A stretch of DNA of 43,818 bases, taken from NCBI GenBank assembly GCA_965204115.1, contig OZ241963.1, positions 187,475 to 231,292 on the forward strand, in the 5' to 3' direction. Origin of the DNA: Minisyncoccota bacterium. Lineage in GTDB: Bacteria; Patescibacteriota; Minisyncoccia; Phycocordibacterales; JABAAK01. This document shows positions 8,781 through 14,688 of the stretch, in pieces. A program made the position numbers and the translations under genes. The notes beneath the pieces were generated by a model. That model did no database searches. It had not been told where the DNA came from and saw only the letters and a program-made list of their open reading frames with translations. How positions within the stretch are numbered: position 1 is the stretch's first letter; each line of letters opens with the position of its first letter.

Positions 8781-9507
8781 TAAGAGCATTTTTTCAGCAA
8801 ACATTCCACAAGGCTTGGAGCAGGCACTAATTGCTGAGTATAAAAAAGTTATTGTCAGATATAAGAGCGGTGATTTTGAGCATCACGAAACATCTGTGGG
8901 AAAATTTTGTGAAGTGGTGTTACGCATTCTTGAATACAATCTAAGAGAAACTTTTACCCCCATTGGTGATCGCATCTCCAACACTGGAAAAATCATCAAT
9001 GAGACCATAAACAGTAAGAGTATTGATGGGTCAGTAAGAAAGAGACTTGCGCCACTGATTAAAATATTGCTTGGATTTCGTAACGAAAGAGATGCTGCGC
9101 ATGTTGGTGGAGTTGACTTGGAATCCATTGACACCAATTTTACTTTCTATGCAACTAGGTGGATATATGCTGAGTTAGTAAGAATATATGGCGACATGGC
9201 AGTGAAAGAAATACAAAAAGAGGTAGACACGGCCGCGGAGATTGCTTTTCCTGATTTGCTCAAAGTTGGTAACAAGACGGTCATTGTTAATCCAAACTTG
9301 ACGTCGGGAAAGGAAATATTACTGTCTCTCAGAGATGGGGAGAAATCTTTTGAAGAGTTATTTGAAATGAACAAAGAGCAGAATAAAGCGCGCTTTAAAA
9401 GAAAATTGAGTGATATGGAAAAACAAAAGCTTATTTATCTTAAAGAAAACCAGAGGTACCACTTGCTGCCCGCAGGAAGGTCAGAAAATGTGAAGTTCAT
9501 TAAATAG
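8749..9507 (+). CDS. HEPN-like (Rx4-6H) protein with C-terminal winged-helix-like domain
   Basis: 252 aa, overlapping gene C by up to 32 nt. All-helical N-terminal region contains LLGFRNERDAAHVGG, an RN...AH signature like HEPN families. The C-terminus is KSFEELFEMNKEQNKARFKRKLSDMEKQKLIYLKENQRYHLLPAG. Confidence 0.55.
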   Translation: MKSMMAKRKSNKSIFSANIPQGLEQALIAEYKKVIVRYKSGDFEHHETSVGKFCEVVLRILEYNLRETFTPIGDRISNTGKIINETINSKSIDGSVRKRLAPLIKILLGFRNERDAAHVGGVDLESIDTNFTFYATRWIYAELVRIYGDMAVKEIQKEVDTAAEIAFPDLLKVGNKTVIVNPNLTSGKEILLSLRDGEKSFEELFEMNKEQNKARFKRKLSDMEKQKLIYLKENQRYHLLPAGRSENVKFIK

Positions 9508-9547
9508 ATAGGACATGTTTAGTATGAATGCGCCCTTAATCTACACC

Positions 9548-9733
9548 TTAAAACTCTTCATAATTTTCACTTATCACCTCACTTAAATCCTCGGTGATGG
9601 TGTCCAGCCCTTCTTCCACCTCTTTGTTTCCGTTGCCCAACTGCACTTTTATCAAAAGTGTCATCGCTTGATCCAGCAAGTGCTTCTCATCTTTTATGGT
9701 TAATTCTTTCATATTCTTATTATAAAACATCAT
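9548..9733 (-). CDS. 61-aa acidic hypothetical protein translationally coupled to the DpnI-like gene
   Basis: Its ATG overlaps the upstream stop (ATGA at 9730-9733). The sequence is rich in D/E (EEGLDTITEDLSEVISENYEEF). Confidence 0.45.
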   Translation of the reverse strand: MMFYNKNMKELTIKDEKHLLDQAMTLLIKVQLGNGNKEVEEGLDTITEDLSEVISENYEEF

Positions 9734-10509
9734 TTCACTCTGTACCTGCCTTTGTTGTTTATGAAAGTTAGATACCCTTTGTCTCGCAAAAATTGTAGCT
9801 GCTGTCTAATTTTTTGCTTAATGTGCATATTCTCAGTATGTTTTTTGCTCAAATCATTTTCAAAGGTGTATATATCCTCCAAGGCAAATTCTTTCTTATT
9901 CAACTCGTCTATACATTTCATAATGTCCAGTGTCCACCCCCTCAGATTTGTTGCATGAGTTTTTCTCAAAAATAGGGTTTTTTGCCAATTTTTTAAAACG
10001 CTCTTTCTGGTTTCAATTGAGCCATTTTTGATATAAAAGATTCTTCCGTCATTCGGAACACTATTTAGTAGAATGTTACAGCCAACCCACCCTGCCCTTC
10101 TTGCACTCTGTGGCAAAGGTTTTCTTTTTTTAATAACATCCGGAACAAAGAAATGCTTTGGAATGACTATAAAATTTTTCACTGAGTGGTTTTTTGGGTC
10201 ATATCTCAAGAAAAAGAAATTTGGATTACTGTCACTCTTCAGCCGATTAATCATTGTTTTATACGCTCCGTCTACAACTTGATTACCGATACTGTCTTTC
10301 TTGCTCTTCAATTCATATTCCTCATTGCAGTTTTTACAATAAAAATCAGCAGCTGGTCTGTTGTTTTCAAATTTTTCTAAAGCATCCTTCCCGCAGTTTG
10401 GGCAAAAAACTTCCCTGTCAACCCAGTGCTCAGATAAAAATCTAACCTTCTGTGTCTTACTTTTATATCTACTCATCTCTTTTGCCCGAGTGTCAAAAAA
10501 TATTTGCAT
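9730..10509 (-). CDS. DpnI-family methyl-directed type IIM restriction endonuclease
   Basis: Near-colinear with my recollection of S. pneumoniae DpnI. Shared segments include FCPNCG...FENNRPAADFYCKNCNEEYELKSKK (Cys4 plus D...ExK), NPNFFFL, RKPLPQSARRAGWVGCNI, and the C-terminal winged helix HIKQKIRQQLQFLRDKGYL...KGRYRV. Confidence 0.9.
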   Translation of the reverse strand: MQIFFDTRAKEMSRYKSKTQKVRFLSEHWVDREVFCPNCGKDALEKFENNRPAADFYCKNCNEEYELKSKKDSIGNQVVDGAYKTMINRLKSDSNPNFFFLRYDPKNHSVKNFIVIPKHFFVPDVIKKRKPLPQSARRAGWVGCNILLNSVPNDGRIFYIKNGSIETRKSVLKNWQKTLFLRKTHATNLRGWTLDIMKCIDELNKKEFALEDIYTFENDLSKKHTENMHIKQKIRQQLQFLRDKGYLTFINNKGRYRVK

Positions 10510-10560
10510 ACGGTTTTACATCTTTCAAGAATACCCTAATATCTTTCATTGCTATTAGTA

Positions 10561-10566
10561 TATACT
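10561..10566 (+). promoter_or_regulatory. candidate -10 box (TTAGTATATACT) for the RT leader transcript
   Basis: Same TATA(TA)CT motif as other promoters here. It lies about 470 nt upstream of the RT ATG. Confidence 0.35.
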
Positions 10567-10572
10567 GCAAAA

Positions 10573-11025
10573 CAGGTGCTACGCATGCCATGCACGACTC
10601 TTAAAATTTTCAATAGAATTCACTCGCAAACAGTCGCACCGGAAAAACCACTTGCATTTTAAAAGGAGCCATGTGATAATGCAGGCGTGGGTGTGTGCAT
10701 TCACGCATACACCCCGCCGTCAGTGGTTGCTATTTAACCCTCGGGCGCTTAGTGGTCACAGCTCTGTCGGATACAACAGGAGTTACACTCCCGCCAGTAG
10801 ACGACATCTACGAGTACATCTCGGTGATGGTTAATACAATGTGCTCCGCAAGAGCACATACCACTCGCTGGTGTTATGCTATAATGCGTATGATGAAAAG
10901 ACTGCTACGGAATATCATAGTGCCGTGGCAATTACACCAGCGAAGCTGGGTGAGTGGATTACAATGAGTACTGCTCAGCAAACGGTTCGACTCCGTTTCC
11001 ACCCTCAAACTCACTTTTTATTATT
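10573..11025 (+). ncRNA. candidate structured ncRNA/leader upstream of the reverse transcriptase
   Basis: GC-rich non-coding block inside an AT-rich island. Hairpins: 10684-10718 (GGCG-GGGTGT-TGC / GCA-ACACCC-CGCC), 10839-10859 (ATGTGCTC-CGCAA-GAGCACAT), CACCAGC-GAA-GCTGG(G)TG, and a tRNA-like T arm at 10981-10997. The closing helix GTGAGT/ACTCAC is followed by TTTTTATTATT. Confidence 0.45.
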
Positions 11026-11035
11026 CCAAATCAGC

Positions 11036-12244
11036 ATGACTAGTATTGACCTAACGCAAATCATAACAGAACAAGAATTAGAAAATGCGCGGAAGAAGCT
11101 CTTTGGGCATGAAGCACGAAGAAAAAAACCGCAAAAAAATATACACCACCCGCCGGCAGGAAGAGGTGTGCGCAATAAATTTCACGAAGAAAATATTAAT
11201 ACAGGCGAAATATACCAACAACGATGTGCTGACTTCAAATTCAAGCCCTACACAGGAACCGCTATTGAGAAGCCGAGTGGGGGCTATAGACCATTGCTTG
11301 TACCACATAACGAGGACAGAATCATACTCAAGGCAATATTCCCACATATCAGAGGCATCATTCTGCGAAAACACTCACACGAAGCTGAAATGCTCGGCGT
11401 CGGCAAAAAGTTTTCCAGAAAAAACATCGGCAATATAGTAAGCGATATTGCATGGATGACCTGCCAGGACGGATACCGATACATTATGAAAATAGACTTT
11501 TCCAGTTTTTTCTCAACAATAGATAGAAAACATCTACTGAGTATTCTGCGTGAAAAATACTTCAACCCTAACGATCTGATAGAGCTAATCCTGCTAAACC
11601 TTATTAAGGTATCTCTTTATAACGAAATACAAGAAGAAGGAGGCCCAGGGTCGTTTTTCTTAGGCGACATAGCGAGCATGAACCTGAAAGAAGTGGGTAT
11701 TCCACAAGGGCTTCCGTATTCCCCATTATTGGCAAACATCTACACACTTGGAGTTGACCAAGCCATCAACAGTATAGACGGTTGTAGAGTAATCCGGTAT
11801 ATTGATGATATGATAATCGTCTCAAAGACGAAAAAGTGTCAACACGACGCTTTTAACTTACTACGACAGATGGCTAAGAGAAAAGGGCTAAGGTTAAACG
11901 AAGAGAAAACAAAAACTTATAACATCAACAGCTCGAAGCACAGTCATATTAATTTTCTGGGTATCAATATAAGGAGTGACGGCACAAAAACTCTCCCGAC
12001 AGAAAAAAAGGGAAAAATCAGAGGGTGGCTACAAAAAATTAATGACAGCTCTCACCATCTTGCAAAATACACCAACCACCCACACTACAAAGAATCAGAG
12101 CATTATAAATCTTGCAGTGTGCAGGACATTGTTAAAAAGAAGATGCGGAATTCAATTGACGGAGTCAGAAGGCATTACAAATCAAACTGTATACAGGGGG
12201 TTGATGAATTCATTGAAAGAGTGGAAAAACAATACTCGCTCTGA
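11036..12244 (+). CDS. reverse transcriptase (group-II-intron-like / defence-associated 'unknown group' type), no fused effector domain
   Basis: RT motifs are IEKPSGGYRPLLVPHNEDRIILKAI (1-2), YIMKIDFSSFFSTID (3), GIPQGLPYSPLLANIY (4), VIRYIDDMIIVS (5, YxDD), GLRLNEEKTK (6) and INFLGINI (7). The start is placed at the ATG at 11036; the tracked GTG at 10841 lies inside a hairpin of the leader. Confidence 0.9.
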   Translation: MTSIDLTQIITEQELENARKKLFGHEARRKKPQKNIHHPPAGRGVRNKFHEENINTGEIYQQRCADFKFKPYTGTAIEKPSGGYRPLLVPHNEDRIILKAIFPHIRGIILRKHSHEAEMLGVGKKFSRKNIGNIVSDIAWMTCQDGYRYIMKIDFSSFFSTIDRKHLLSILREKYFNPNDLIELILLNLIKVSLYNEIQEEGGPGSFFLGDIASMNLKEVGIPQGLPYSPLLANIYTLGVDQAINSIDGCRVIRYIDDMIIVSKTKKCQHDAFNLLRQMAKRKGLRLNEEKTKTYNINSSKHSHINFLGINIRSDGTKTLPTEKKGKIRGWLQKINDSSHHLAKYTNHPHYKESEHYKSCSVQDIVKKKMRNSIDGVRRHYKSNCIQGVDEFIERVEKQYSL

Positions 12245-12270
12245 TTGATTTTTCGCACCATAATGATCTA

Positions 12271-12337
12271 TCACCCATTCACAAGGTAGTAGTACTTCCC
12301 TCTTTTTTCGATGATGCCTTCGGTGAGGGGGGCTGTG
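12271..12337 (-). pseudogene. displaced duplicate of the 3' end (last 22 codons plus stop) of the MutY-like gene (att-like repeat)
   Basis: 63/67 nt identical to 13107-13173. Translates on the minus strand to ..APLTEGIIEKRGKYYYLVNG*, versus ..ALLTEGIIEKRGKYYYLANG* in the intact gene. Confidence 0.85.
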
Positions 12338-12407
12338 TTGTCTACCTTGACAGAATGGGTGAAAGGTGGTTTGGTAGGTGTTGCTATACTTAAAAAGTGT
12401 GATGTGG

Positions 12408-12413
12408 TATACT
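12408..12413 (+). promoter_or_regulatory. candidate -10 box (GTGGTATACT)
   Basis: Consensus-like motif about 40 nt upstream of the AGGAGG-preceded ATG at 12453. A second TGCTATACT is at 12382-12390. Confidence 0.35.
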
Positions 12414-12452
12414 GGTAAATAGGTTATTGTGCAGCTATTTAGGAGGCACTGA

Positions 12453-13019
12453 ATGTCTAAAAAATTGTCGAAATTGCAGGTTTTTCAGGTTATTGGGGCC
12501 ATATTGATTGTGGCTCTTTGTGTTTTTTTGGTACTTTGCTTTGTTCAGCGAGATAAAATAGAAGATCTTGAGGTAGAAAACTCTGCTCTCGAAGGTCAGG
12601 TAGTGACGATTCAAGCTGAGCACGGTGAGACCCAAGAGGCCCTTAAAAATGCCGAAGAGCAGGTGGGTGCGAAAAACGTAGAAATCGTAAAATTAGAGGT
12701 GGTAATACAAGAGGCGGAAGAGAATTTTAACGCTTTGCAGGTTGACCATGGTCAGCTTGAAAAAAAGGTGAAAAATCTTCAATCCCTTAGAAGTGTTGAT
12801 AGGTCTAAAATTGTAAAGCTGACAGCAGAAAACAAAGATCTGAGGTCAGCTCTGTCTATCAGGAAAGTAGCTTTAGACGACTCCCTTAACGCTATTAAAG
12901 AGGTTCGGCAATCTGTTAATGAGGGCACGCAGGCAAACGAGAGGATGCTTGACGCCGTCGCCCAGAGCAGAGCGCGGATCGCCGAGATGAATGAGGTCAT
13001 TAATCGTATAAATAAATGA
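12453..13019 (+). CDS. membrane-anchored coiled-coil protein
   Basis: 188 aa with SD AGGAGG 7 nt upstream. N-terminal TM helix (VFQVIGAILIVALCVFLVLCFV) is followed by a heptad-like E/K/Q-rich helix. Confidence 0.65.
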   Translation: MSKKLSKLQVFQVIGAILIVALCVFLVLCFVQRDKIEDLEVENSALEGQVVTIQAEHGETQEALKNAEEQVGAKNVEIVKLEVVIQEAEENFNALQVDHGQLEKKVKNLQSLRSVDRSKIVKLTAENKDLRSALSIRKVALDDSLNAIKEVRQSVNEGTQANERMLDAVAQSRARIAEMNEVINRINK

Positions 13020-13038
13020 GAAAACAGCATAATAACCT

Positions 13039-13082
13039 AAAAGGTGTTTTTTGGAAATACATTTTTCCGAAAAGCACCTTTT
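13039..13082. terminator. bidirectional intrinsic terminator (19-bp stem)
   Basis: AAAAGGTGTTTTTTGGAAA-TACAT-TTTCCGAAAAGCACCTTTT flanked by T/A runs, between convergent genes. Confidence 0.7.
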
Positions 13083-13106
13083 ATTTTTTATGCATAACAA
13101 CCTATA

Positions 13107-13973
13107 TCACCCGTTCGCCAGGTAGTAGTACTTCCCTCTTTTTTCGATGATGCCTTCGGTGAGGAGGGCTGTGAGGGCTTTGTTGATGTGTTGTGTCGGT
13201 AATGCTTGGAGTTGTTTTCTGGAGGTGCCTTTTTGTGCGCTGATGAAGTGGCGGAGGAGCGCGCCGCGGGCTTGGCGGATGGAGCCGGTGAAGGGTGCTT
13301 GCTTGGTGTAGTGTTTGCTGCGAGGGTTTGTGCGCACTCCCTGCGCCTTGAGGTGGGTGCCGTAATCCATCATTGCGGAATAAAAGGTGCGGGGGGTGGT
13401 TTTGCGGTTGAGGGCGTTTTGTAATAGTTGCTCAACGAAGCGGTTGATTGTTTTGTCGCTCACCGCTTTCTTTTTTCGTGCGCAGTGATGGAGTACGACG
13501 GTGCGGATGTTTGTTTCGACGATGATGACCGGTTTGTCGTAGGCGAATGCCAGCACGGCACCGGCGGTGTAGGGGCCAATGCCGGGCAGGGTGCGCAGTG
13601 CTTCTTCAGTTGTCGGCACGATGCTGTTGTGCGAGGCGGTGATGGCTTTTGCGGTGTTGTGCAGTGCGATCGCCCGGCGGTTGTAGCCGAGGCCGCTCCA
13701 GAGTGCAAGCACTTCTTTTCGCGGGGCATTGGCGAGCTCGGTGATGTTCGGAAATGTTTTTATAAATGCGTTGTACTTCGGCACGACGCGATCAACTTGT
13801 GTTTGTTGCAGCATACATTCTGAAACTAAAATGCGGTATGGGTCGGTCGTCTCCCGCCAGGGGAATGTTCGCTGTTCGTTTTTGTAGTGTGTCAGTATGC
13901 GAGAAACAACATCGCTGATTTTTTCTTTTGACGATGGCGTGGGCATAGAGGGGTATAGAAAAACCCTCGGCAA
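13107..13973 (-). CDS. HhH-GPD DNA glycosylase (MutY/EndoIII-like N-terminal domain) with C-terminal winged-helix-like tail
   Basis: ECMLQQTQVDRVVPKYNAF...LWSGLGYNRRA...LPGIGPYTAGAV match the MutY/Nth core. The usual C-x6-C-x2-C-x5-C Fe-S loop is not visible. The C-terminus is QLQALPTQHINKALTALLTEGIIEKRGKYYYL. Confidence 0.8.
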   Translation of the reverse strand: MPRVFLYPSMPTPSSKEKISDVVSRILTHYKNEQRTFPWRETTDPYRILVSECMLQQTQVDRVVPKYNAFIKTFPNITELANAPRKEVLALWSGLGYNRRAIALHNTAKAITASHNSIVPTTEEALRTLPGIGPYTAGAVLAFAYDKPVIIVETNIRTVVLHHCARKKKAVSDKTINRFVEQLLQNALNRKTTPRTFYSAMMDYGTHLKAQGVRTNPRSKHYTKQAPFTGSIRQARGALLRHFISAQKGTSRKQLQALPTQHINKALTALLTEGIIEKRGKYYYLANG

Positions 13974-14688
13974 ACCCGAGAATAAAATATATCGGGGTTA
14001 GCCGAGGGAGTAAGATGTGCTTTGCGTGAATGCCGTTACCGGATCCGTGGCAATCCGCATTCTGCACGAAGTGCGGTGCATACAACTGTACGAGAAGTGT
14101 GCAGCACTTATTGCGCGATTTAGATCGCACATTAAAAGAACTGCAAGACAAAGTTATGTGTGAGTCATACATTTCGTGTACGACTTGTTGTTTGCGCTGT
14201 GCGCAAAATGATAACTTTGTTATGCTTAATGAAATCTCCCACGGATTTCAAAATTCTGAATGATCATAGTTCCCTTCAACCTGTCTGTCAGCCGGGCTAC
14301 TGTCCACTGACACTTGTACTAAGTGTCTCGTGAAAAGGCAGAAGCCACAGACAAGACACGAAGAAAGGATTACCTGAGCGGTGAAAGATCAAAGAGATAG
14401 CATACACATTATTCTGTTGTCAAACAAAATAACGGTATGTTTTTATGCAATCTATATTGCAAAGCGGGCATGAAAGTAATCTTGAATCCTATGAGAGCGC
14501 GTAGCGCTTCATAGACAGGATTTCGTCCTGCGCCGCAGACGAGCAGTTTTGCCGTCGCGGGAAGGATTATTTTCCGCTCTGTGTTTGCAAATTTTCATAG
14601 GTCACATGAGTTCCCTATCTGCTTTTATAATACCATACCTTGTCAAAGAAAAACGGTTTGCTGTGCGCGTGTGGAAAAACTTTACTGT

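Larger units (their letters stand above)
6547..13106. mobile_element. composite AT-rich accessory island between tRNA-Glu and the MutY-like gene (no integrase detected)
   Basis: Composition drops abruptly right after the tRNA-Glu 3' end. Cargo consists of defence-type genes (DpnI-like, RT, HEPN-like). A 67-nt duplication of the target-gene 3' end sits at the right edge. Confidence 0.55.

Noticed and set aside
10948-11004. A real tRNA or tmRNA gene at the T-arm motif GGTTCGACTCC.
   Set aside because: There is no D arm, no 7-nt anticodon loop and no perfectly matching 5' acceptor strand. There is also no CCA/ACCA end and no tag-peptide reading frame. It is kept only as a tRNA-like element or scar.
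10573-12244. Canonical retron (msr/msd) or DGR interpretation of the RT.
   Set aside because: The RT lacks the retron VTG and NAxxH signatures (INFLGINI and NIGNI occupy those positions). It also lacks the DGR SQ motif. I found no a1/a2 terminal inverted repeats in the leader and no TR/VR repeat pair in the window.
10573-12340. Group II intron interpretation of the RT locus (structured RNA upstream, ORF in domain IV).
   Set aside because: There is no GUGYG 5' end at a plausible boundary. No domain V (AGC-bulge-GNRA, 34-nt hairpin) or domain VI follows the stop. The 26 nt after the stop run straight into the duplicated glycosylase 3' end.
14270-14530. RNase P RNA on the minus strand (GGACAGTAGCCCGGCTGACAG resembles ACAGAACCCGGCTTA; AGGACGAAATCCTGTCTATGAAG resembles GAGGAAAGTCCGGGCTCCATAGG).
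   Set aside because: The two candidate P4 strands are not complementary: CCCGGCTG has no CAG(N)CCGGG partner. The segment is too short, and other conserved regions (P10-P12 GGTAAGAGC, P15) are missing.
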